Made by a program: the position numbers and the translations under genes. Below are positions 51,501 through 60,677 of a stretch of 64,000 nucleotides of DNA, piece after piece. The notes beneath the pieces were generated by a model. The model was not told the origin of the DNA and ran no database searches. It was given only the letters and a program-made list of their open reading frames with translations. How positions within the stretch are numbered: the first letter of the stretch is position 1; every line of letters starts with the position of its first letter. The stretch comes from Candidatus Poribacteria bacterium (GTDB lineage Bacteria; Poribacteria; WGA-4E; PCPOR2b). The DNA is taken from the NCBI GenBank assembly GCA_965218095.1, contig OZ244587.1:4992001-5056000 (forward strand), written 5' to 3'.

Positions 51501-53233
51501 CCAAAATCGTCATAGAACCCCATCTCAATGCCCCCAAGGAAAGCCTCATCTTTAAACTTCTCTACCGCTTGCTGATAAGCGTTCACGGACTTCTGAAGCA
51601 GTGCTTCGTTAAAGACAGCCTCCGAATCGCCTTCGCGGTAATCCGCTGGTGTGGCGGCTTCGTAGTACGCCCGTCCTTCCTGGAATTTTCCAATCAATTT
51701 AATCAGGTGGAATTTCGGGAAGTCACGATACTCCCACAGTTTGGCGTATTCCGCAGCGGCTTCATCATACTGCTTAAAGTCGTTAAACTTCATATCCGCA
51801 AACTTCAACTGAACTTCAGCGGCGAGGATATCAAATTCGCTATCTTTACGGTTCTTATCGATAAATTCCCTGGCGACTTTTTCAAGTTCCTCCTTTCGCC
51901 CAAGCTCGTTCAACGCCCAAATTGCACCGTAGAGTGCATGCGGCGCGACCGGGTCGGTCGGATATTCATCAACAGCTTTCTGATACCACTCAAGAGCTGT
52001 TTCAAAGGCCTCGTTTGCCGGATCTGTCTGACCACTCTCTTTCAGATTGGAAGCTAACTTATAGTGTGCATCTCCCATCTGATAGGTCACATAGGGGATA
52101 AAATCGGTTTCGTCTGGATGTTCATTCAGAACGCGCTGATATGTAGCTATCGCTTGATTCCAATCCAACAGCTTGAAGTAGCTATCGGCGACGCCGAGCT
52201 TCGCTTCACTGATAAACTCGCTTTCCGGATACTCTTCAAGCAGTGTGTTGTATGATGTAATGGCGTTGGGGTAATCCTGTTGATCGTAGTAGGTACGACC
52301 AATCGTCACCTGAATTTCCGCCTGCAGGTCTCGATCGTCGGTATTTTGCAATGCGAGTTCATAATTCGCTCGCGCATTGTCATAGTCTCTCTGTTTCGAG
52401 TAGATTGCACCCATGTCAAAATAGGCAGCGGTTACATAGTCACTAGTCGGGTGTTGTGTGATAAATGTGGTATACCGACTGATTGCCTCTTCATCGCGGG
52501 CAAGCTGGTTCAAACAGAAGGCTGCCTTGTACATCGCTTCTGCTTGTAGTTCCGGGAAGATCTTAAACTCTTCAGTGGCGAGCTTGTCGAATTCCTGGTA
52601 GGATTGCTCATAATTCTTTTCATTGAGGAAGGATTGTGCGATCAGGTGCTGCGCATCATCTTTGAACTCCGAGTTTGGAAACCCATCAAGCACTTCCTTG
52701 TATGCGCGACGTGATCGGTCATAGTTTTGCAGTTTGTAATTGAGCTGCCCAATCGCATACCAAGCATTCTCAACAAAGAGACTATTGGGGAAGTTTTCGA
52801 TCAAGGTATGGAATTTGGGTTCGGCGAGTTCATATTTCTCTTGCTTGTAGAGGACGTGTCCCCAGAGGTAGGTTAAGCCCTCCTGATGTTTGGGAACAGA
52901 TGCATTTGCTGCAACCTGTTCAATCTTCTCGATTGCATTGTCGTAGTAGGTAATATCGCCGGTCTGTTCAGCTATTTTTGAATAACTAACAGCGATCTTG
53001 TAATTTGCAAGTGTCTGGAAGTCCTTATCAATGACCTCAGTTTTGACACCCCATTTGATGGCTTCTTCAAGGGCATCGCTATATTTTGCAATCGCCCCTT
53101 CGTAATCATTTTGACTGTAGAATTGTTCTGCTTGATTATATAGTCGTTCGACCTTTTTGGAACTGCCTGATGGCCAGAGCAGAACGGCAGCTAAAGCAAG
53201 TCCGCCAAGGACGCCTAAAAGTCTGGGATTCAT
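48560..53233 (-). CDS. Very large TPR-repeat protein with N-terminal membrane anchor
   Basis: Many BamD/YbgF-like TPR pairs (YP.S..A..A.Y..G); AAGGAG RBS. Confidence 0.92.
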   Translation of the reverse strand: MNPRLLGVLGGLALAAVLLWPSGSSKKVERLYNQAEQFYSQNDYEGAIAKYSDALEEAIKWGVKTEVIDKDFQTLANYKIAVSYSKIAEQTGDITYYDNAIEKIEQVAANASVPKHQEGLTYLWGHVLYKQEKYELAEPKFHTLIENFPNSLFVENAWYAIGQLNYKLQNYDRSRRAYKEVLDGFPNSEFKDDAQHLIAQSFLNEKNYEQSYQEFDKLATEEFKIFPELQAEAMYKAAFCLNQLARDEEAISRYTTFITQHPTSDYVTAAYFDMGAIYSKQRDYDNARANYELALQNTDDRDLQAEIQVTIGRTYYDQQDYPNAITSYNTLLEEYPESEFISEAKLGVADSYFKLLDWNQAIATYQRVLNEHPDETDFIPYVTYQMGDAHYKLASNLKESGQTDPANEAFETALEWYQKAVDEYPTDPVAPHALYGAIWALNELGRKEELEKVAREFIDKNRKDSEFDILAAEVQLKFADMKFNDFKQYDEAAAEYAKLWEYRDFPKFHLIKLIGKFQEGRAYYEAATPADYREGDSEAVFNEALLQKSVNAYQQAVEKFKDEAFLGGIEMGFYDDFGQRPLQVEACMMNQALAHEKLHGWDKARDLYAAIPQTSENYERAQLLIAQSHVKEGNPNEAVTIYRFLLDSQTEDGKGLLSPDNRSLAEIKLADLLRADEQFAEAAARYESVVAGNPAGEYADDAQYLVGLCYYKAASEDAALLEKCVAAFQKSIDDYSDSPNAVESYYGLALAYRDMAQAGNSEAWPKVLETADLAYAKHGSSDNEIIKKTLGHIDLVKATAIEKQGLDSEEQMLELVASLRRIVENTGAPEDSRSRAQLKIGHLFYGAGEHAQAIAEYQTFVQMFPNSELVMNALYQTAVSHYQIGQNSADEQTKQLSFQNTVNAATQVVERNPDVDTAISAYYTLGLAKFGLNDNPGAIEAFRHATAYEGQTEDPPRQDLIRQAHSRLAELDTAVGDHAAAVQEYQYVIQHTDDDDLKGRSYFAVAYAQDEHLKQYDDALLNYQNAIELAQAPLIKAQAYYRMGLIYQEKLNEPQNALKAYETLNTQFGAESNPNIQSMAADAGIRRSDLYVKIGRLEDAIAQALAARESAQTTGQKVSAQYNLGYLYFDKARKLFSDKPGTDLQPYIDASRQSAGAYSEVANVAQPIEEIDKTLIPFIQNALFQAGQIYYSLGTGIKLPEDLNSAVPVLKQFVEYADKGVFPASADVSKNVQTMLTYLGPTYFELGRMQLGFDDGLSEKTIGFFEQAGETFKALVRRFPRAKDAPFLQYQAGESYYAAQKYLKAIREYSKVRKLNPKHESAAESLAAISTCYTLLAKDAGNDAGAKWLDEVFKINEVLAKDYSTSPFAAEAFINVGNTYFNQGSVPDIENEERIRLYKLAVEQYSKALGVSGINQKSKETAGLFLRDTVRSLSADVYIQATANFDRAKVAPEDQRNAAVEKAIAEFKEIIKTYPTSKYADLSLVQIGEAYMMLANDNDEFYNSALDSFDALWNKYATVPPSDTQVNRALTYAQKQISMITDYMKSQNIPRRAGGGE

Positions 53234-53314
53234 ACAAAATCTCCTTTTGGGTTTTGGGTCAGGATTCAGGTATCAGGCATTAGATAGGCTCTAAGCCCTA
53301 AAGCCTAATACCTG

Positions 53315-54157
53315 CTAAAGTTTAACAGAATCATAAACTTCCGTAATCGATAAACTAGGTAACGGTACATTCATCAACATATCAACAAAGCCATTTAGTG
53401 AGCGGTTGCCCGCCCAACCAATCTTCGCTGGAAACGGGGTTATCACAACACCTAAAGGCCGAGAAAAATCCTCTGTTGCGACAATTGGATCAGGACTTGA
53501 TAACTGAGCAACCATCATCGGATCGGGAGAAGCATCACGGATTGCCATAGCTTTAAGCACATCATGATCGCTGACGAGGCCGGGAAGATAACTTTCCCAC
53601 GCTAAAAATTCTGCAGATGGTTCAGTCACATCAAGCTGTCTGTTTGACTGTTGGGTTCCGAACTCCTCAAGAAAGGATTGCGATATTCCGGCGGGCCGAT
53701 CACGGTTGCTAATCAATTCCCGATTTCCGCCCCCCTGCATAGGGGAAATGGGATGAACCTTTAGGACATGCTGCGAGTTTACAGCGTCAAAGCGATTCTG
53801 TTCCTGAGATTGAAGGAATTGATATGCAACCAAACTGGCAAGAACCGCGAGGAGCATCCATGCATAAACTGGAGATAATCTAACCCAGTCTACCATCGTT
53901 CGCCACCACACAGAACGGGAACGCTCTTCAATTGTCTGCTGTAACTGCTGCCCAAATTGATTGTAATAACCTGCTGGGGGCGGTGGAGAGACGTAAAAAC
54001 GAAGCAACGCCTTTGTACGCCTCAAAGATTCTAATTCAAGCTGGCAAACTTGACAAGATCGCAGATGTTGAGCAACGAGGACGGTTTGCCGATCTGAAAG
54101 CATACAGTCTAAGTAATCAGACAAGTAACGTTGAATCAAACAACATCGAAGTTTCAT
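53315..54157 (-). CDS. zf-HC2 anti-sigma factor
   Basis: C...LSDYLD..L......V..HL..C..C motif followed by a TM helix. Confidence 0.85.
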   Translation of the reverse strand: MKLRCCLIQRYLSDYLDCMLSDRQTVLVAQHLRSCQVCQLELESLRRTKALLRFYVSPPPPAGYYNQFGQQLQQTIEERSRSVWWRTMVDWVRLSPVYAWMLLAVLASLVAYQFLQSQEQNRFDAVNSQHVLKVHPISPMQGGGNRELISNRDRPAGISQSFLEEFGTQQSNRQLDVTEPSAEFLAWESYLPGLVSDHDVLKAMAIRDASPDPMMVAQLSSPDPIVATEDFSRPLGVVITPFPAKIGWAGNRSLNGFVDMLMNVPLPSLSITEVYDSVKL

Positions 54158-54333
54158 GCTTTCCTCATTGTATTGCTGCCATTGCTAGGATAATAACCCT
54201 ACGGCAGCACGGCGTAAGTTTCGACCCCACTCCCCAAAACTGTAATCCTTCCGAAGGTTTGAAACCTTATGAAGGTTAGCATAAAAGTGGGGTTACTATT
54301 TCCGCGGACATGTACTACATCTTTAGACATGTA

Positions 54334-54960
54334 CTACATCTTTAGAGAGGGCTCAGCCGAATCTACATAAGGTTTCAACAAATCCCTTAGCTTTTGCCTT
54401 GCATAATGCAGTCGAGAGCGGACCGTTCCCTCAGAGCAGTTGAGAATCGAAGCGATTTCTGAGTGCGTTAAGCCTTCAAACTCGTGCAGAATAACAACCA
54501 TTCTATGCTTGAGCGGCAAGCTATTTACTGCCTGCGTCACCCATTTTTGTAGTTCTTTTCTCTCAGCATTCAAGTGAGGATTGTTCGCTAGATCCGCGCT
54601 TCGTCTCAAGTCCGGGTCAATCTCCATCTCACTTGTTCCTGAAAGCGAGCATTCACGCCGGCGTTCCCGACGCTTAACGAGATTCACCGCATGGTTGACA
54701 ACGATGCGATATAGCCAGGTTTCAAAGGCGGCATCCTTCCGAAAACTATGAATAGATTCATAGACTTTCAAAAACGTATCTTGCATGACATCATTAGCAT
54801 CTTCATGGTTTTTTGTAATTTGAATGGCAACCCGATAAACAAGCCTCTTATATTTTTCAACCAGAATGGCTAATGCCGTCGTATCTCCTTCACGGAGATT
54901 ATCAATAAGCAACGCTTCGGTGCGTTCCACAGAACTTTCTCCCTGATTTGCTGCTCTCAA
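54334..54960 (-). CDS. ECF RNA polymerase sigma-70 factor
   Basis: DANDVMQDTFL, FETWLYRIVVN, EIASIL..SEGTVRSRLHYAR motifs. Confidence 0.95.
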   Translation of the reverse strand: MRAANQGESSVERTEALLIDNLREGDTTALAILVEKYKRLVYRVAIQITKNHEDANDVMQDTFLKVYESIHSFRKDAAFETWLYRIVVNHAVNLVKRRERRRECSLSGTSEMEIDPDLRRSADLANNPHLNAERKELQKWVTQAVNSLPLKHRMVVILHEFEGLTHSEIASILNCSEGTVRSRLHYARQKLRDLLKPYVDSAEPSLKM

Positions 54961-55138
54961 TTATTTAGACAACTCAGCTTCAAAAACCGTTCAAAGATTT
55001 TCTCTGGTTTTTATGTTATACTGATGAAGGTTGCAACTTGACATTTCAGGCCACTCCGTCTCACAATGGATCTGAATTTGGAAAATTACAATTGATCACC
55101 TGCGTTAGTATAAATCATAAACCTAATCAGCGCACGTT

Positions 55139-55180
55139 ATTTTACCAGATTTTGCAATTTTTGTAAACAGAATACTTACC
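55139..55180 (-). promoter_or_regulatory. Minus-strand promoter (TTTACA-17-TAAAAT) upstream of the ECF sigma gene; duplicated at 59126-59168
   Basis: Reverse complement reads tttaca aaaattgcaaaatctgg taaaat. Confidence 0.55.
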
Positions 55181-55380
55181 TTTCGCATAATCCCGAGGAA
55201 GTTTTTTTAATTTCGGAGTACGAACCCGCGCGTAGCGCGGACCTAATAATCGGCCGTTTCACTTAAGAAACACGACCTTTGCGGTGATGTGGCAATCCAT
55301 CGAATCGGGATGTTGGGAACCCTTGCTACGACTGGATCTAAAAATTAGAAAAACTGTTCCGAAATAATACGAAAGGTAAG
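55175..55380. ncRNA. Candidate ~205-nt multibranch structured RNA or foldback element
   Basis: cttacctttcg/cgaaaggtaag and agtttttttaattt/aaattagaaaaact closing stems plus internal hairpins. Confidence 0.4.
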
Positions 55381-55435
55381 ATAAAGTTAACATTTTTTCT
55401 GTTTTTTTTACACCTACTTTCCCAAAGTAGAGTCC

Positions 55436-55464
55436 TTGACAAAATTTTGCGAATGTGCTAAAAT
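55436..55464 (+). promoter_or_regulatory. sigma70 promoter
   Basis: TTGACA-17 bp-TAAAAT. Confidence 0.55.
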
Positions 55465-55489
55465 GCGCGTGTGATTCAAATTAGCAAAG

Positions 55490-56064
55490 TATAATGGCCC
55501 CCTATATTCGGGCCAGGAGTTAAGTAAGAAATCAGGTCTAACTCACCCCCGTAAATGGAGGATTAAATATGTCAACAAAGCGGATTCGGCATACTGCCAA
55601 ATTCAAGTTTCAAATTGCACTTAAAGCCATCAAGTCAGACAAAAGTATCAACCAACTGGCAAACGACCACCAGTTGCACCCAAGCCAAATCAGCCAGTGG
55701 AAGAAACAGTTGCTTGAACATGGGAGCGATATTTTCGCTTCCAGCCTGAACAAGCGACAACGCGAGCAAAATGACAGAGAGTCGAATCTGTATGAGCAAA
55801 TGGGGCGGTTGAATATGGAACTCGACTGGTTGAAAAAAAAAGCTGCCTCAAGCCGCTGAACAGAGACGGGCACTCGTTGAACCTGACCACCCCAAACTGA
55901 GTATGCGTCGTCAGTGTCAGTTGCTGGCGGTCTCTCGGTCAACGCTCTACTACCCACCCGCCACAGAGTCGGAAGACAATCTGCATCTGATGCGGCAAAT
56001 AGATGAGCAGTATATGGAAACACCTTTCTATGGGAGTCGTCGAATGACAGAACATCTTAAGCGT
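55490..56064 (+). mobile_element. Truncated IS3-family element (orfA and start of orfB)
   Basis: OrfA at 55569-55859 (FK.QIAL.AIK...LYEQ.G.L..ELDWLKKK); A9G slippery site at 55833-55842; orfB RRQCQLL..SRS..YY...PFYGSRRM. Confidence 0.88.
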
Positions 56065-56189
56065 GCGGCGTTGATTTCCTCAGTATAGAGTTTGCGTCCT
56101 TCTTCAAACATGTCTGCCCCGCCGCCGACCTGCTCCCACACGACGATACCACTCACACCTTCTATGTCGCACATGATAAGCACTCGCAT
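56064..56189 (-). pseudogene. N-terminal fragment of an M55 D-aminopeptidase (DppA-like), truncated at the IS junction
   Basis: Manual translation MRVLIMCDIEGVSGIVVWEQVGGGADMFEEGRKLYTEEINAA; GGAGG RBS. Confidence 0.75.
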
Positions 56190-56596
56190 TGTTACCCTCC
56201 TTCAACAAATAGTGATGCATGTTGTGTAATGCATAGCATGTAATGCGTGATGCATATCGCATAAGATTTTTCACGTTTCACGATTATATCTTAGCATAAA
56301 TGTATCTGTTTTTCACCAGAAATGTGCGGTGACAGCTTGATGCTGCGAATTTTTGGACCTGATGGGGCTTTACGGAAGCGATATATCAAGTTTCTACGCT
56401 TTACGTTTCACTTTGCCATAAAGCTCAATGTTTGGTATACTATAATCTGTTGCTGGTGGTTTGCTAATTAAGCATCTCGTTTGAGCGTATGTTTCCGCAA
56501 ATGTGCTCACGCCGGAACCAAAGAATTTCTCTAGACCTTCAAGCATCGAAACATGGGTAAATCAACAAATCGCTCACGGTTTCTGGTTCATCGACC

Positions 56597-58520
56597 ATGA
56601 GCGAATCAACTATATCCGAAGGAGGTTTGTTTGAAATGGCTGATATTACGGATGATGAAGTAACAATGGACGAATCGGAAGAAACGACAGAAGAAGCGGA
56701 GAGTTCTTCCTTAGAAGCCCTTGGCGATGATTTACTGTTCCTACGTGGCGATAACATGAGTTTTTATCTGGCTTCCAAAGCATACTATGAAGATCAAAAC
56801 TACGAGGAAGCAATCGAGAAATATCAAGCCGCCATCGAATATGAAAAATCACGGCCCCAGGATTCCCTGAAGCTGGCAGACTCGTCGGAGAATTCGGAGG
56901 AGAAAGCACAGGAAAAAAAACCAAACGACGTGATCGCCAAATCCATGTACTGGCTAGGGGAATCTTATGTAAAAACAAACCAAACTAACCCGGCACTTAA
57001 GACGTTTGAGCAGTTAGCAAGTGACTTGAGTGAACACTATCTTGGGATAGCGGCTCAACGGCGAGTCGCCACACTCAACAACGTCACTGTGTCCATTGCT
57101 TCACCCCAGTCAACTAGGCAAGAGGTTGAATTACGAAATCGCACCGCTCAAATACAACAGCGAAAACTTCCAGAGCAGACTATCCAAAAAATAAACAAAC
57201 AAAAATTGATTGATAGAAGGCGATTTGCTAATTTGTCTGCAAAGGCTATGAATCCTAATGTAGAAATATGCTATCCACTTCCCAAACTGGACGATTGCGA
57301 CATGCAACTTGTAGAAAAATGGCATCATCTCCCGCGGAATAGTCTTGATAGGTTATCATTAATAAAAGCTGAGAACAGGGATCGGGAATTAGGTCGCTTA
57401 CTTTCCGCAAGGTCTGCAGAAAAAGTAGCTGCGGATTTTTATCGACATTACGGAAAAAAAGTGAAAGATATCTCGATTACACAGATTGACGAAAATAGCA
57501 AATCCGATTGGATAAATTACGACCTAGATGTTGATGGCATGTCTATTGATGTCAAAAATTCTCGTAAATCTCAGAAAAGTGAGGACAGGTATACCGAACA
57601 CTATATTCAAAAGGGTTTCAAGCGCAATAAAGAAAATCAAGAGGTAAAAATTGCCGGCGTTCTTTCCTGTTACCTTATGGCCATGTACATTACTGGATCC
57701 TACAGAATATGACGGAGATACTACAATCCAATTTCTTGGGGAAACAACCCAGAAAAATCTACAGGAATTGAAAAGTGAGTTTAAGGATTTGGTTGATTTT
57801 AATCCTACGGACAAATATTTTCTCCCCCCATGGATGTTTGACTATCCCGAATATGTTTACACAGAACGAGGTAAAGCACTAAAGGAACTAAAAAACTTTA
57901 CCAACTTTGATTCATTAAAGGGGGTTACACCCAAGTTTGAGCTGCGTCTGGTAAGCATTGCGGCTGGTATAGACTTAACAGAAATTTTAGGTGAGGAGGC
58001 TTTAGAAAGCTGGAAGCGGAGTTTCCTGAATCAACTCCGTAACCGAATAGAAAAATATGGCCTCTCACTACCTTTTCTATATCTTACCATATTAGAGCAT
58101 TTTCTCTGTATGGCTGCTTCCTCCAAAATAGTTTCTGATTTCGATCCAGATAAATATAGAAGATTTCTTTTCTACAAAGATTCTTATAAACCTTTAGGTA
58201 TTTACGATCCCCTAAAAACCATAGATGCACTTATCAAGGCATTGAGCACTTTATGGACTGCTGAGAATGGATTGATTCGCAAATTCCGCCTATTCAAATT
58301 AAGAAGTTCTGATATTTTACAGGGCAAGCCTGACTCAGATGAGAGCCTATGGACAACACTCATTGCCTATTGTGGAGGGTGCGGTAAAAATCCCTTAGTT
58401 TTAGGTAAATCAAAGCGATGCGAATACGGCAGATTGATCTGTCCAACCTGCTGTTTTTGTTGTAAGAGATGCGAGGAAGAAAACCACACCAAGGCAGAAG
58501 CACTCGAAAACACACGATGA
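56597..58520 (+). pseudogene. TPR, PD-(D/E)xK nuclease-like and Cys-rich Zn-finger protein with a single frameshift near 57675
   Basis: TPR N-terminus; AE....FY...YDL..DG.SIDVKN; C-terminal CGGC...C..GRLICPTCCFCCKRC; AT-rich. Confidence 0.6.
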
Positions 58521-58544
58521 AAGGAGCAGGAGTTGACTGGTATA

Positions 58545-59125
58545 GATAGGAGGCTTGAACTTACTGGAAATACACCGCGTGGGGTTTCGATAGTCGAGCG
58601 ATTGATGAAACTGCTGTTGATTGTAAAAGTTGAAATAGTCTCTCAATCGACCCAGCAGTTCGCATTGTCTGACAACTGACGGTGAACGGCACGTCTTTTC
58701 AACAAGCTGTCGCTTCTGTTCAACGGAGTCGTTGCGTTTTTTTTGAAGCCAGTCGAGTTCCACCTTCAACTGTCCGATTTGGCGATAGAGTTCAGCTACT
58801 AGCTATTCGGTGTCAGTGGCTGCTTTTGAGCGTCCATTTGTAAAGAGTTGCGGTAATTCTTCAAGCACCTGCTTTTTCCATTGGCTGACTTGAGTCGGGT
58901 GGACTCGATATTCGCTGGCAATCTGAGGACGGTTTGTTGATTTTTTATCGCCTCAATAGCGACCTGTGCTTTGAATCTGCCATCGTACTGTTTTCTGCGG
59001 GACGTGGTATGAAAACTCCTTTGTTTTTCTTGGGGTTTCTGAGTCATATTTTCGCACAGATGATGACCGGTTTGCCAGTCGGAAATCCACCTTATTCAAC
59101 TGTCTAGGTTTTGAGGATAATTATA
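58545..59125 (-). mobile_element. Degenerate, internally deleted IS3-family element
   Basis: OrfA FKAQVAIEAIK...KVELDWLQKK; orfB start SVVRQCELLG joined directly to its end YFNFYN...HQSL.Y; terminus resembles that of the IS at 55490. Confidence 0.8.
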
Positions 59126-59177
59126 ATTTTACCAGATTTTGTGATTTTTGTAAATAGAATATTTTACCACTTTTCGG

Positions 59178-59207
59178 TTGACCTCTCTTTTTTGACCGTG
59201 TTATGAT
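59178..59207 (+). promoter_or_regulatory. sigma70 promoter with extended -10
   Basis: TTGACC-18 bp-TATGAT preceded by TGn. Confidence 0.6.
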
Positions 59208-59213
59208 ATTCAC

Positions 59214-59541
59214 ATTACCTGGGAGACAATAACTTCCTTCAAAAATCGGCTATGACGGCTCCGTCGAACCGAGTGTGCCGTCATGGGGTTGCGAGACTAC
59301 GAAGGAGATATCCGTTCGGGAAGCGGCGATCGAAAACGCCCGGATCTAAAGCTCTGGGCTGAACGAAGAGAAGGATCAAAGTAATCCTCGGAAATCGTAT
59401 AGTATCAACAAGACCGCATTAACTTGATACAAATGGGGAGTTGACCGATTCTCCCCCCGGAATTGGGAGCCGGAGGGCAAGCCACAAGCGGATCTGCCAA
59501 TGTTGGGCTTATTTCTCTAATTTACCGTCACCGATGACGGT
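59214..59541 (+). ncRNA. Candidate large (~300 nt) highly structured ncRNA
   Basis: Multiple helices, closing 5'/3' pairing, potential pseudoknots, upstream promoter and downstream hairpin. Confidence 0.55.
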
Positions 59542-59574
59542 GTCACAAGATTCAGAAAAAGAAGGTGATGCATC

Positions 59575-60357
59575 ATGCTTACAGCGCAACAAGTCGCACA
59601 CTTTGAAACCTTTGGCTTTCTCTTTTTACGGTGGCGCTTTTCGCCCGAGGAAATGGTGGCCATTACCCGAGAAGCGGATGCACTCTGGGCAGAAGATCGG
59701 CAAGCCAGACCGGATCTGGGAGAACATCGAATTGTGGCGCCGTTCATCGAGAAACGGCCGCTGCTGTCGCAACTTGCCGACGATGACCGCATCTATGGCC
59801 CCATCGAACAACTACTCGGTCCAGGGTTTATCTGGTCGGGGTCGCAGGGTGGTAAAGGGAGTATCAATGCCAAAAATGAGCACGGATGGCATGCAGACCG
59901 CCCGGGCGAGAGCGAGATTGGCTACAAGCGAATCAAGGTCATGATATATCTCGAACCGACAACGAAAGAAACGGGCGCCCTGCGCGTAATTCCCGGTTCT
60001 CATCGAATGCCGTTCCATAAAGCGCTTGAGCCCCTTCAGCGCCAGCACCAAAAAGATGGAACCACCGCGGATACCTTTGGTGTTGCCGGTGTGGATATAC
60101 CTGCTTTTCCCCTGGAATCAAATCCCGGTGATCTGGTTTTCTTCCACCAGGGCCTGTATCATGCTGTTTACGGATCTTTTGGCAACCGCCATTATATTGG
60201 GCTGAGGTATGCGGCGAAGCCAACGACAACAGAGTACATTGCTTCGTTGCGGCGGCTTTCCCCATACACCTTTCAGCCAGATGAGGCCTTTCTGAACAGC
60301 GATCGTCCACGCATCCGAGGTATGGTTGCGGGGCTTGTGGAACTGGGGAAGAAGTAG
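59575..60357 (+). CDS. Phytanoyl-CoA dioxygenase (PhyH) family protein
   Basis: FETFGFL, WHAD, GALRVIPGSH, PGDLVFFH..LYH motifs. Confidence 0.9.
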   Translation: MLTAQQVAHFETFGFLFLRWRFSPEEMVAITREADALWAEDRQARPDLGEHRIVAPFIEKRPLLSQLADDDRIYGPIEQLLGPGFIWSGSQGGKGSINAKNEHGWHADRPGESEIGYKRIKVMIYLEPTTKETGALRVIPGSHRMPFHKALEPLQRQHQKDGTTADTFGVAGVDIPAFPLESNPGDLVFFHQGLYHAVYGSFGNRHYIGLRYAAKPTTTEYIASLRRLSPYTFQPDEAFLNSDRPRIRGMVAGLVELGKK

Positions 60358-60535
60358 TGGCTTATTTCGTCAGTCCGTGTCAGGTTGCTGGAGTGCAGGA
60401 CTTGTCCCCCAATCTTGGGTTGGGGGTGCAAGCACTTGCCAAGATTCGTTGCAAAGCCAGTTTTGCATTCCAAACCCCGGCTGAATTCAGAAAATGAAGC
60501 AGTCGTTCCGCTTAAAAACGGATTGATAGAAATCG

Positions 60536-60664
60536 TAGGAGTTACGCACTTCAAATTGAGCAAGCCCTGTCCCGCCTGCCTCTTGAATCCTGAATCCAAA
60601 ACGAGATGCAAGATACAGGATGCAGACATAGCTTGAGTCCGCGGAATCAATTGCGTAAGTCCTA
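60536..60664. mobile_element. TAGGACTTACGCA-family MITE-like element
   Basis: taggagttacgca ... tgcgtaagtccta inverted repeat. Confidence 0.55.
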
Positions 60665-60677
60665 AAAGGAGGTTTGC

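Noticed and set aside
59272-59410. Group II (GTGYG) or group I (GAGACTA...TATAGT) intron interpretation of the 59-kb RNA
   Set aside because: GTGTG lies inside a local hairpin, no domain V or complete P7 pairing is evident, and no interrupted host gene is present.
59470-59500. Cobalamin riboswitch (AAGCCA...CTGCC resemblance)
   Set aside because: The GGGAA, GCCACTG and CCCGC.ACTGT core elements are not present in the required order.
59441-59944. 167-aa plus-strand ORF overlapping the PhyH gene
   Set aside because: Alternative-frame ORF with a TTG start and no motifs; the PhyH frame is the real gene.
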